From positions 1 to 59,755 of the forward strand of contig JAPLKJ010000273.1 of NCBI GenBank assembly GCA_026388125.1: a stretch of DNA of 59,755 nt, read 5' to 3'. The notes under the pieces are model-generated. The model worked only from the letters and a program-made list of their open reading frames with translations, had not been told where the DNA came from and ran no database searches. Every line of letters begins with the position of its first letter. The stretch's first letter is position 1. A program made the translations under genes and the position numbers. This DNA comes from Elusimicrobiota bacterium. Lineage in GTDB: Bacteria > Elusimicrobiota > Elusimicrobia > Elusimicrobiales > UBA9959. Positions 17,348 through 26,410 of the stretch are shown here, piece after piece.

Positions 17348-18517
17348 CTATTGACGCCCGCCGTACGGGGCCGGGCCGTTCTGGCCGGCTTTGGCCACGT
17401 AATCTATCACGTAAGTGAAGCTGCCCAGGCTGCCGGTGACGGCCGAGCCTATGACGCCCAGGCCGGCGGCGTTGAAGGCGGCCGCTTTCTCGGCCATGGC
17501 TTTTTTCGCCTCGGTGTCGAAGGTGAAGGTCTCGGGCGCCTGGTAGGTTTCCACGGCTACGGAGGGAATAACGCCGCCCGGCTGGTAGAGGTTGCCCACC
17601 AGGAAATCCACGCTGTAGGAAAAGTTATTGCCCTCGGGCCGCACCACGGCGGACAGCGGCGGCGCGCCGGCTTTGGAGAAGCCCGGCAGGGCTTCTTTGG
17701 AGGCTTTCAGCGCCTCGCTGTCGAAGCTGAAGACCTGGCGCGAATCGTAGCGGGCCACTGAATACTGCGGCCGCGCGCCGGACTTGCCTGTCTTTACCAC
17801 ATATTCCACCATTACCGCGTAGTCGTTGCCCAACGGCACGGCTTTGCCGCGTATGGCCGGCACGCCGGCCGCCTTGAACAGGGAGAGATAAGCCGGGATG
17901 TTCTTCACGGCCTCACTCTCGAAAGTGAACTTGCCGCCGGTGTAATTCTGGAACTTCACGTCGTACTCCGGAGCGGGGCGCAGCGCGTTGTTCACCAGGT
18001 AATCCACGGCGAAAGCGTTGTCGCTGCCGGCGTCATAAAGATAGGAGCCCAGCACGGGCAGTTTAGCCGCGCGGAAATTGGCGGCGCAGGCTTTCATGGC
18101 CTCCGTGGCGTCGGCTTCACGCCAATAGGAGGCGCCGTTCTTGTAAGTCTCCGCCAGCACTGCGGGGGGCAGGGCCGCCCCTGCCTTCACGGTGGGGAGA
18201 TAATCTATCACGTAGCTGTAATCGTTGCCCAGCGGCACCACGCGGCCGCCCAGGGTGGTTATGCCGGCGGCCTTAAGAACGGTTATGCGCGCGTCCATGG
18301 CCGGCTTGGCCTGGCTTTCGAAAGTGACGGTTTCGTCGGTGGAGTAGCTGGCTATGGTCACGCCCGGGGGAGTTACCGGCGCGGGCCCGTGCGGCGCAAC
18401 CGGTTTTATGGCCGGGATATCTTTAAGGGCGGAAACGTCCGGATCAAATGATTGGGAAAAAGACGCTGTGCTGAACGCGAGAACGGTGAAAACGGCAAGA
18501 ACGAGTTTCTTAAGCAT
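17348..18517 (-). CDS. Secreted protein built from five tandem ~66-aa repeats, function unknown
   Basis: Signal peptide, then five units with the recurring pattern Y-x5-(F/V)(T/S)F(E/D)(S/T)EA...(K/N)AAG...PLGNDYSYVIDYL. Confidence 0.6.
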   Translation of the reverse strand: MLKKLVLAVFTVLAFSTASFSQSFDPDVSALKDIPAIKPVAPHGPAPVTPPGVTIASYSTDETVTFESQAKPAMDARITVLKAAGITTLGGRVVPLGNDYSYVIDYLPTVKAGAALPPAVLAETYKNGASYWREADATEAMKACAANFRAAKLPVLGSYLYDAGSDNAFAVDYLVNNALRPAPEYDVKFQNYTGGKFTFESEAVKNIPAYLSLFKAAGVPAIRGKAVPLGNDYAVMVEYVVKTGKSGARPQYSVARYDSRQVFSFDSEALKASKEALPGFSKAGAPPLSAVVRPEGNNFSYSVDFLVGNLYQPGGVIPSVAVETYQAPETFTFDTEAKKAMAEKAAAFNAAGLGVIGSAVTGSLGSFTYVIDYVAKAGQNGPAPYGGRQ

Positions 18518-18608
18518 TAAAGCCTCCCTCTACCGTTAAATTATATTAAGAAATCCGGCAGACAGTATGGGCCGAAAGTCCTTATATTTAGTAGGTACGG
18601 GTCCAAGG

Positions 18609-19634
18609 TCAATAAAGGCCGCTGTTCTTCAGCTCTTCGGGCTGCAGCGGCGCGCGGAAAAGCCTGTACACCCAGGCCTGGTAAATAATTACCGCCGGCA
18701 GGAAAACCAGCACCACCGCCGTCATAAGTTTCAGGGTGTAAGGGCTCGAGGCGGAATTATACAGGGTAAGCGCGAATTCCGGGGCTATGCGGGAAGGGAG
18801 CAGCGCCGGGTAAATACCCGCGAACCCGGTCAGAGAAAAAAAGACTATCCCCGCGAAGGAAGCCATAAAAGCCGGCCCGGGTTTCCCGCGCGCCAGCAGA
18901 AGTTTCGCCGCCAGCGCGGACGCCGCGAACGCCGCCGGGAGCAGCAGCAGCGTTTTACGCGCCACAAAGTTGGCGCTCAGCCCCGTGCCGGGATAACTGG
19001 CCCAGGCGAAAGCTATAAAAATTAACAGCAGCGGGTACCAGGCTTTGGCGGCCAGGCCGGCCGCGCGGACGGCCGGAGCGCCCTGCGTTTTATAAGCCAG
19101 CCACAACTGGCCGTGGAAAAAGAACAGCGCGCAGAACAGCAGGCCGGTAAGCAGGGCGTAAGGGTTGAGCAGCCCGAAGAAAGTCCCGGCGTAGCCGGCC
19201 GGGCCTATCTCGAGCCCCCGGAAAATATTGCCGAAAGCCACGCCGAACAGCAGCGCTGCGGCGAAACTGGAAACGGCGGCCGTCCTTTCCCAGAAAGTTT
19301 TCCACGCGGCCGACTGCACTTTGCCGCGGAACTCCAGCGCCACGCCGCGCGCAATCAGCGCGAACAGTATCAGCAGCAGCGCCGGGTACAGCCAGCTGAA
19401 CAGCCCGGCGTAAACAGGGGGGAAGGCGGCGAAAGTGGCGCCGCCGGCCGTTACCAGCCACACCTCGTTGCCATCCCAGAACGGGCCTATCGAGGAGAAC
19501 ACGCTGCGCCGCTCGTCCTCGCTCTCGGCCGCCAGCCAGCCGGAGAAGCCCACGCCGAGGTCGAACCCGTCCAGCGCGAAATAGCCCGTCCAGAGCACCG
19601 CCCAGAAAAAGAACCAGAGCTTGGCGTAATCCAT
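18609..19634 (-). CDS. cydB: Cytochrome bd ubiquinol oxidase subunit II
   Basis: The start MDYAKLWFFFWAVLW at 19634 lies 1 nt after the cydA stop. Carries the FWDGNEVWL signature. The track's longer N-terminal extension overlaps cydA and was rejected. Confidence 0.9.
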   Translation of the reverse strand: MDYAKLWFFFWAVLWTGYFALDGFDLGVGFSGWLAAESEDERRSVFSSIGPFWDGNEVWLVTAGGATFAAFPPVYAGLFSWLYPALLLILFALIARGVALEFRGKVQSAAWKTFWERTAAVSSFAAALLFGVAFGNIFRGLEIGPAGYAGTFFGLLNPYALLTGLLFCALFFFHGQLWLAYKTQGAPAVRAAGLAAKAWYPLLLIFIAFAWASYPGTGLSANFVARKTLLLLPAAFAASALAAKLLLARGKPGPAFMASFAGIVFFSLTGFAGIYPALLPSRIAPEFALTLYNSASSPYTLKLMTAVVLVFLPAVIIYQAWVYRLFRAPLQPEELKNSGLY

Positions 19635-19635
19635 A

Positions 19636-20946
19636 TCAGGCCTCCATCCCTTTGCGGGCGTATTTGGCCAGCAGCCAGAAGTCCACGATGCCGAGCGCCG
19701 TGTAGAAAAGCGAAAAGCCGCCCAGCGACAGCAGGACCTGCGCCGGGGTAATGGTCCTGGATACACCTTCCGCCGTACGCATCAGGCCGTATACCACCCA
19801 GGGCTGCCGGCCCAGTTCTGTAACTATCCAGCCCAGCTGTATGGCGATATAGGGCAGCGGGATGGCGTACAGCATAAGCTTCAAAAAACGCGGATGGTCG
19901 AGCAGGGCATCTTTATGCCACAGCCAGGCGGACAGCCCGGAAAGAAGGATGAACAGCCCGCCGAAAGCTACCATGGCCCGGAAGCTAAGGAAAACCGGCA
20001 GCACCGGCGGGCGGTCCTGCGGCGCAATATCGTTAAGCCCCTTCACTTCCGCAGTAGGGGAATGGAAGGCCATCAGCGACAGCGCGTAAGGCACCTTCCA
20101 GGCCTCCACCGCGTTGCCGTCGCCTTTCAACGAAGGGAACACCAGCAGCGTATACGGGGCCGAAGCGCGGGTTTCCCAGACCGATTCCATCGCCGCGAAC
20201 TTCGCCGGCTGATTCTTCGCCGCGTTCACGGCGCTCATGTCGCCCACTACGGCCAGCAGCAGCGAGCTGGCCAGCGCGAAAACGGCGCCGGCGCCGAAGG
20301 ACCGCTTGAACAGGTCTTCCTGGTTCCTGCGCAGCAGATGCCAGGCCGAAACGCCCATCACAAAAAAGCCCGCTATTACCCAGCCGGCGGCCACGGTGTG
20401 GAAGAACTCTATCCAGCCGTAAGGGTTCAAGAGCAGCGCCTTGAAATCCACCATTTCGGCCCGCCCGTTGCGCAGCACATAGCCCACGGGCCGCTGCATC
20501 CAGCCGTTGGCCAGCAGTATCCACAGCGCCGACATGTTCGTGGCGAAAGCCACTATCCACATGGCGCCGGCATGCGCCTTGCGCGACAGCCGGCCCCAGC
20601 CGAACACCCAGACGCCGATGAAAGTGGATTCCAGGAAAAAGGCCACGGTGGCTTCTATGGCCAGCGGCGCGCCGAAGATGTCTCCCACGTACTTGGCGTA
20701 TTCGGCCCAGTTCATGCCGAACTGGAATTCCATGGTGAGCCCGGTCACCACGCCCAGGGCGAAGTTTATCAGGAACAGCTTGCCCCAGAACCGGGTGATG
20801 GAAAGGTACTTCGCGTCCCCGGACAGCGCGTAGCGCGTTTCGAACCAGGCCGTCAGCCAGCCCAGGCCCAGCGTCAGCGGCACGAAAAGGAAATGGAACA
20901 TCGCGGTGACCGCGAACTGCAGCCTGCTTAAAAATATCGTATCCAT
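19636..20946 (-). CDS. cydA: Cytochrome bd ubiquinol oxidase subunit I
   Basis: MDTIFLSRLQFAVTAMFHFLFVPLTLGL N-terminus and the GWIVTELGRQPWVVYG signature. Confidence 0.9.
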   Translation of the reverse strand: MDTIFLSRLQFAVTAMFHFLFVPLTLGLGWLTAWFETRYALSGDAKYLSITRFWGKLFLINFALGVVTGLTMEFQFGMNWAEYAKYVGDIFGAPLAIEATVAFFLESTFIGVWVFGWGRLSRKAHAGAMWIVAFATNMSALWILLANGWMQRPVGYVLRNGRAEMVDFKALLLNPYGWIEFFHTVAAGWVIAGFFVMGVSAWHLLRRNQEDLFKRSFGAGAVFALASSLLLAVVGDMSAVNAAKNQPAKFAAMESVWETRASAPYTLLVFPSLKGDGNAVEAWKVPYALSLMAFHSPTAEVKGLNDIAPQDRPPVLPVFLSFRAMVAFGGLFILLSGLSAWLWHKDALLDHPRFLKLMLYAIPLPYIAIQLGWIVTELGRQPWVVYGLMRTAEGVSRTITPAQVLLSLGGFSLFYTALGIVDFWLLAKYARKGMEA

Positions 20947-21010
20947 AGTGCCTTGCTCCCCCGCCGCGTTAGCGCAGGCATAAATATACAAAATTGCGGA
21001 AACGCGGCGT

Positions 21011-22042
21011 TCAGGCCAGCAGCGCTTTGCCGGCGGGGGTGAGCTCGAAGGCGTTCGCGGCGTAAGAATACTTCAGCAGCGGCTCTATGATATAGCGCCC
21101 GTCCTCGTACCCCTTTATCCTGGAAAGGTCCACGACGCGCCTTTTGCCGTCGGCGGCGCGCTCCTGGAAGCTGACGTACTTTATGCCCGAGGCCAGCATG
21201 GTGCGTATTTCGTCCAGGCCGAAAGCGGTCTTGGACGAAAGGTACATCAGCTCCAGCCTTTTCAGCGCGTCCAGCACGCTCTCGGCGTGGCAGGACGCCA
21301 CCACGGCCATGCCGTTGCGCATGGCCCGGACCGCTTCGGGAACGCCTATTCCGTCCAGTTCGCCCACAACGAGGTGATCCGCCGAGAATTTATCCGCGTT
21401 CAGGAGAAGCTCTACGAATTCGTCGTCGGACGAGGCGTCGAGACAAAGACAGGACGGATGCTTCAGGATAAGTTCTGAATTGCTCTGGATCGCCACTATC
21501 CTCCTGCCGGCGGGTATGCCGTTGGCGATAACGTTTACCAGGGTGGTCTTGCCCGACCCGCTATTGCCCGCTATCAGGAGGCTTTTCATTTCTCCGGTGA
21601 TCCTGTCGAAAAGTTTCTTTACGTCCTGCGAAACACAGCCGCGTTTCAGCAGTTCGGCCCAGCCCGAAAGCCCGCCCGGCATCTTCCGGATGATGACCGC
21701 ATGATAGGCCGGGCCTTCGGCGCTTGTAACTCTTGTCTGATCGGGAAGCCTGACGTCCAGGACCGCGCCGGCGCCGCCGCGGCCGCCGGCGCGGCGCGAC
21801 GAACTCCCGGGGAACGCGGCCAAGGCCTTTACGAAAGCCGCGAGGGCCGCCTTGGACGCGAACAGCGGGGCGACCGCTTCAAGCTTTCCTTTCCTCTCTA
21901 CCGATACTCTGTCAAAAGCGTCGATGAAGATCTCCCTTACCTCGTTATCGGAGTAATATTTCCAGAGAGCGCCGAAGGCGCGCTGCAGCGCCGGGCCGCC
22001 GGCCTTTCTGCCTTTCTCCGCGGATGAGATCTTGTTCTTCAT
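21011..22042 (-). CDS. Orphan CpaF/VirB11-like secretion-family ATPase with degenerate motifs
   Basis: Walker A GNSGSGKTT and Walker B HLVVGELDG. The N-terminal EIFIDAFDRVSVERKGKL resembles CpaF. The Asp-box position reads AIQSNSEL and the His-box reads NGMAVVASCHAES. Confidence 0.65.
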   Translation of the reverse strand: MKNKISSAEKGRKAGGPALQRAFGALWKYYSDNEVREIFIDAFDRVSVERKGKLEAVAPLFASKAALAAFVKALAAFPGSSSRRAGGRGGAGAVLDVRLPDQTRVTSAEGPAYHAVIIRKMPGGLSGWAELLKRGCVSQDVKKLFDRITGEMKSLLIAGNSGSGKTTLVNVIANGIPAGRRIVAIQSNSELILKHPSCLCLDASSDDEFVELLLNADKFSADHLVVGELDGIGVPEAVRAMRNGMAVVASCHAESVLDALKRLELMYLSSKTAFGLDEIRTMLASGIKYVSFQERAADGKRRVVDLSRIKGYEDGRYIIEPLLKYSYAANAFELTPAGKALLA

Positions 22043-22128
22043 AACCCCTCCTTGAAAACTCTCCTGCGTCCCTTAAAGTCTACCAGAGGGGCGCGGCCGG
22101 CGGTATCGGCATTTACCACAGGTAGCGT

Positions 22129-22527
22129 TCAGGAAGGTTTTTGTTTCGGAAGAAAGTTTTTTACCGCCAGGACGGCGGCTTCGGTGCGCGAGCGGGCGCC
22201 GGTCTTGTCGAAGATGGAGCGGATATGGAACTGCACGGTGCGGTCCGAGATGCCCAGCCTGTAGGCTATCTCCTTGTTCGCTAGCCCCGCCACTATCAGC
22301 GTGAGTATCTCGAGCTCCCGGGATGTCAGCGCGCGCGGCCCTTTCATGTCCCGGAGACACTCTTCTTCCTCGGCGTCAGAAAGTTCGTTGAGCGCCGCTT
22401 TGGACAGGCGCCGCAGTTCGTCCAGCGCGCGGACCGCGGCCGCGTCAGCCCTGAAGGCGGCCATGTACGCCTCTATGGTGGCGTGCAGTTCGCCCAGCGT
22501 TCTTTTCAGGTTATCGGAGCAGGCCAT
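22129..22527 (-). CDS. LuxR/FixJ-type helix-turn-helix regulator with a coiled-coil-like N-terminus
   Basis: C-terminal LTSRELEILTLIVAGLANKEIAYRLGISDRTVQFHIRSIF. No receiver domain. Confidence 0.8.
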   Translation of the reverse strand: MACSDNLKRTLGELHATIEAYMAAFRADAAAVRALDELRRLSKAALNELSDAEEEECLRDMKGPRALTSRELEILTLIVAGLANKEIAYRLGISDRTVQFHIRSIFDKTGARSRTEAAVLAVKNFLPKQKPS

Positions 22528-22693
22528 CGCCTATGATTCTACAATAGAAATCCGGCGGCATAATACCTGTTCACTGCATTTTACGCCGCCGTATTCCCCG
22601 AACGCTTTATTTATCGCATAATATCACGTGTTCCCGGAGCCGGCGCGTTGAGGTCGGCGCCAACATAAAGGCCTGGCCGTTTTCAGCGCGGTT

Positions 22694-23761
22694 TTGAACA
22701 TGATCGAAGGAGCCCTCTATTTAGCTTTACTGGCCTCCGGCGCGCCCACCGCCCCGGAGCCGGCCAGCCCGCCCGCGCACGTGAGGGCGCAGAGCGCCGC
22801 GCGCGAACCCGCCTGCCTTGGCGCGGCGTTCCCTATGCTGGTGTCCAAGGAAATGCCTTACGCCGAAGTGCGGGTAGGCGCCGCGCGCGGGATGTTCATG
22901 CTGGATTACGGCGCCAACGTTTCGTCCATAGACCTGAAAGCGATGGCCGGCGTAGCCCCGGTGCAGGGCAGCTGCGATCCCGCGGCGCTGGGCGGGCAAT
23001 GCGCGTTCGACGACTTCTCTTTCCTGGACGCACCGGGCCGCGTGCAGTTGCTCACCGCCGATTTTTCCGGGCTTATACTGGACACCCGTCAGGCCGGCAT
23101 TGTCGGCACCGATTTCCTCAGCGAGAACGCCTACACGCTGCGCTACAAAGAGGGCACGCTGTCGCGCGCCGGCCGGGGGGAGTTCTGTTCTCCCGGCGCG
23201 CTGCTGGCCGCCTGCTTCGCCCCGCTGTCCGCGGTGGGCTATTTTTCCAGCGACGTCGGCACGCTGCTGCCGCTCAGCGCGCTGAACAAGAAATATTCCG
23301 GGCCGCTCACGGTGCCGAACGTTCCCGCCGTGCCGGTGCGCGTGGCTGGCGTTACCGCGCGGGCGCAGATAGATACCGGCTATAGCGACTACATAGTGCG
23401 GCATTCCATAAACATCAACGCCGCGTTCTACGACCGGATAGCCGCTGCCTCGCCCGCCGCCCTGCTGCGCTGGCCTAAGAACGACAAAAAGCTCTCCACC
23501 TGCGTGCCCGGCGTGCAGGAGACCGTGGAAGCCTACCGTCTTAACAAAGGCGCCATAGAGTTCGTGTCAGAGGACGGCGGCGCCGCGCGCAGTTTCCGCG
23601 ACGCCGTGGTGTACGTCAAGCGCACTCCGCCGGCGGCACTCGCCTGCGGCGGCATAGGCACCCACACCCAGCCGGCGGCCCAGCTGGGCGGCTCGTTCAT
23701 GGCCGACATCGGCACCATGGTCTTCGACCCCTTCGCCTCGCGCGTGTGGATACTTAAATAG
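22694..23761 (+). CDS. Protein with two tandem retropepsin-like (clan AA aspartyl protease) lobes
   Basis: Lobe 1: FMLDYGANVSSI ... GIVGTDFLSENAYTLRYKEGTL. Lobe 2: AQIDTGYSDYIV ... LGGSFMADIGTMVFDPFASRVWI. The start is uncertain (TTG 22694 or ATG 22700). Confidence 0.45.
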   Translation: MNMIEGALYLALLASGAPTAPEPASPPAHVRAQSAAREPACLGAAFPMLVSKEMPYAEVRVGAARGMFMLDYGANVSSIDLKAMAGVAPVQGSCDPAALGGQCAFDDFSFLDAPGRVQLLTADFSGLILDTRQAGIVGTDFLSENAYTLRYKEGTLSRAGRGEFCSPGALLAACFAPLSAVGYFSSDVGTLLPLSALNKKYSGPLTVPNVPAVPVRVAGVTARAQIDTGYSDYIVRHSININAAFYDRIAAASPAALLRWPKNDKKLSTCVPGVQETVEAYRLNKGAIEFVSEDGGAARSFRDAVVYVKRTPPAALACGGIGTHTQPAAQLGGSFMADIGTMVFDPFASRVWILK

Positions 23762-23764
23762 CGC

Positions 23765-23819
23765 AAAAAAAGGACAGGCTACTTTTTCCATGAAAAAGCA
23801 GCCTGTCCCTTTTTTTTTT
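23765..23819. terminator. Bidirectional intrinsic terminator between convergent genes
   Basis: A7, then the GGACAGGCT.CTTTTT-ccatg-AAAAAG.AGCCTGTCC hairpin, then T10. Confidence 0.7.
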
Positions 23820-23822
23820 GAG

Positions 23823-26396
23823 TTACTTCAGCCTTTTTTTCCAGTCGCCGATGGCGGCCAGGGCCTGCAGGGGGGTCATGTTGTCGGTGTCGCACATCTT
23901 CACTTCGTCCAGCACGGGATGGCTGGAGAAGATGGGCAGCATGGGGGTCTGGTTCTCGTCGCCCGACTCCACCTGTATGTTGCCCTTGGTCTCGAGCGTG
24001 CGCAGGATCTCCCGGGCGCGCTGGATGGCGGAGTCGGGCAAACCGGCCAGCTGCGCCACGTGGATGCCGTAGGATTTGTCCGCAGGGCCGGCGGCTATCT
24101 TGTGCAGGAACACCACCTCGGTTTTGCCGGTGGAATTGGTCCATTCCTTCACCGAGATATTGCAGTTCTTGATGCCGGCGAATTTTTCCGGCAGCTCGGC
24201 CAGCTCGAAATAATGCGTGGCGAACAGCACCTTGGGCCCGCCCTCGGGCCTGTAGAGATGCTCCACCACTGCCCAGGCTATGGAAATGCCGTCGAAAGTG
24301 GACGTGCCGCGGCCGACCTCGTCGAGCAGGATCAGGCTTTTGGGCGTGGCCAGGCGCATGATGGCCGAGGTCTCGCGCATCTCCACCATGAAAGTGGATT
24401 CGCCGCGGGCCATGCGGTCCTGCGCGCCGATTCGCGTCATGATGCGGTCCACTATGCCTATCTCGGCCGCGCGGGCGGGTACGAAGCCGCCCATCTGCGC
24501 CATTATCACGGCCACGGCGGCCTGCCGCAGGTACACGCTCTTTCCGCTCATGTTGGGCCCGGTCAGTATTATCACCCGGGCTTCGGGGCCGCCGATGTCG
24601 AGATCGTTGGGCACGAAAGTGCCGGCGGGCAGGAAGCGCTCAACTGCCGGGTGGCGCCCCTCTTCGATCCTGAGCGCTTCGCCGGAGGTGATCCTGGGCC
24701 GGGCGAACTCGTAGCGCACGGCGCCCTCGGCCAGGGCGTAGAACACGTCCAGCTCGGCCGCCCCCGAGGCGAAGATCTTGATCTCGCCCAGGGCGGCGCG
24801 TACTTTGCCGCGCAGTTCCGTGAACAGGTGCGTCTCGAGCTTCGAGGTGCGCTCTTCGGCGCTGAGGATCTTGTTCTCCAGCACCTTCAGCTCCTCGGTT
24901 ATATAGCGCTCGGCGTTGACCAGCGTCTGCTTGCGCACGAAATAGTGCGGCACTTTGGGCGACTGCGCCTTCGAGACCTCGATGAAATAGCCGAAAACGC
25001 TGTTGTAGCCCACTTTAAGCGTGTTGATCTGCGTCTTTTCCCGCTCGCGCTGCTCGATGTCGGCCAGCAGCTGCTGGCTGTCGCGGCGCACGGCGCGCAG
25101 CTCGTCCAGCTCCTTATTGTAGCCTTCGCGTATCACGCCGCCGTCGGAGAGCCGCGCGGGCGGGGTTTCGGCCAGCGCTTTATCGAGCTCGGCGCGCAGC
25201 AGGTTCAGCGCGCCGGAGGCGCAGTCCAGCCGCGAGGCCAGCTCGGGGGCGCATTCGAAGAAACCGGTGGAGGTCAGCAGCAGCTTCAGGTGCGGCAGCT
25301 GCCCGAGGGCCTTGCGCACCGCGGCCAGGTCGCGGGGGGAGGCGCTTAAATTTATGACGCGGCCGAGCAGCCGCTCGATGTCCGGCACCTGCGCCATGAT
25401 CTCGCCGAGCTTCTCGCGCGCCTCGCGGTTCTCGGCCAGGAAAGCGGTGAAGGCCTGGCGGTTGTGTATCTCGCGGATGTCGGACAGCGGCTCGAGAATC
25501 CAGCGGCGCAGCAGGCGCGAGCCCATGGAAGTCTTGCAAAGGTCCAGCACGCCCCAGAGGGTCTTGGAGTCGTCCCCGTCCGGCGAAGACACCAGCTCCA
25601 GGGTCTTTATGGCCGACTCGTCGAGCTGCAGGCGGTTGGACGGCTCGTAATAAAAGGGCGAGAAAACCTCTTTCAGACCGGGCTGCGTCTGGCGCACGTA
25701 GGAGGTCACCTTGAGCGCCGTCTTCATGGCCAGCTTATGGTTCTGCCACACCGCCTGCGCGGCCCAGGCCGGGTCGGGCGCGTCGGCGCGGGAATATTCG
25801 GTAAGCACGGCGCTTCCGAAGTCGAGGTTGCGGCGCCGTATCTCCTTGACGGTCCGCGGGTCCGCTATTATCTCGGCGGGCGCCGTTTTAGAAACGAAGG
25901 ACAGGAGCTGGTACAGGTCGGGGTCGTTGAGGTTCTGCGTGGCCAGGAAATCCCCGGTGGAGGCGTCGAAGGACGACAGCCCCCAGCCGACGATGTCGAT
26001 ATCCAGCGCCACCAGGTAATGCGAGGCGCGCGGCTGCAGCAGCTCGTCCTCCACCACGGTGCCGGGCGTTATCAGGCGCACCACTTCGCGCTTGAATAAT
26101 TTTGTCTTTTTAGCGTCCCCGTCCGGCGTGATCTGTTCGCAGATGGCCACCTTGTGGCCGCCGGCCAGCAGCCGGGAAATATAGTTGGAGGCGGAATGGT
26201 GCGGCACGCCGCACATGGGCACGCCCTGCCGCGCGGTGAGCGTGAGGCCCAGCAGGGAGCTGGCCGTCTTCGCGTCCTCGAAGAACATCTCGTAGAAGTC
26301 GCCCAGGCGGAAAAACAGCAGCGCCTGCGGATAGGCTTTTTTCAGGGATTGGTACTGCTGCATTACCGGCGTTTCCGGGGTTTCAACTTTGATCAT
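23823..26396 (-). CDS. mutS: DNA mismatch repair protein MutS
   Basis: 857 aa with the GDFYEMF mismatch-binding motif, Walker A TGPNMSGKS and DEVGRGTS. Confidence 0.95.
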   Translation of the reverse strand: MIKVETPETPVMQQYQSLKKAYPQALLFFRLGDFYEMFFEDAKTASSLLGLTLTARQGVPMCGVPHHSASNYISRLLAGGHKVAICEQITPDGDAKKTKLFKREVVRLITPGTVVEDELLQPRASHYLVALDIDIVGWGLSSFDASTGDFLATQNLNDPDLYQLLSFVSKTAPAEIIADPRTVKEIRRRNLDFGSAVLTEYSRADAPDPAWAAQAVWQNHKLAMKTALKVTSYVRQTQPGLKEVFSPFYYEPSNRLQLDESAIKTLELVSSPDGDDSKTLWGVLDLCKTSMGSRLLRRWILEPLSDIREIHNRQAFTAFLAENREAREKLGEIMAQVPDIERLLGRVINLSASPRDLAAVRKALGQLPHLKLLLTSTGFFECAPELASRLDCASGALNLLRAELDKALAETPPARLSDGGVIREGYNKELDELRAVRRDSQQLLADIEQREREKTQINTLKVGYNSVFGYFIEVSKAQSPKVPHYFVRKQTLVNAERYITEELKVLENKILSAEERTSKLETHLFTELRGKVRAALGEIKIFASGAAELDVFYALAEGAVRYEFARPRITSGEALRIEEGRHPAVERFLPAGTFVPNDLDIGGPEARVIILTGPNMSGKSVYLRQAAVAVIMAQMGGFVPARAAEIGIVDRIMTRIGAQDRMARGESTFMVEMRETSAIMRLATPKSLILLDEVGRGTSTFDGISIAWAVVEHLYRPEGGPKVLFATHYFELAELPEKFAGIKNCNISVKEWTNSTGKTEVVFLHKIAAGPADKSYGIHVAQLAGLPDSAIQRAREILRTLETKGNIQVESGDENQTPMLPIFSSHPVLDEVKMCDTDNMTPLQALAAIGDWKKRLK

Positions 26397-26410
26397 AAAT
26401 AGGGCGGCCT

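Noticed and set aside
19635-19766. N-terminal extension of cydB in the track (start 19766)
   Set aside because: It overlaps the cydA 3' end and is Arg/Cys/Trp-rich. The canonical MDYAKLW start at 19634 lies 1 nt after the cydA stop.
23790-25349. 519-aa plus-strand ORF; the same situation applies to 14803-16179
   Set aside because: Antisense to mutS and mutL respectively, whose motifs are unambiguous.
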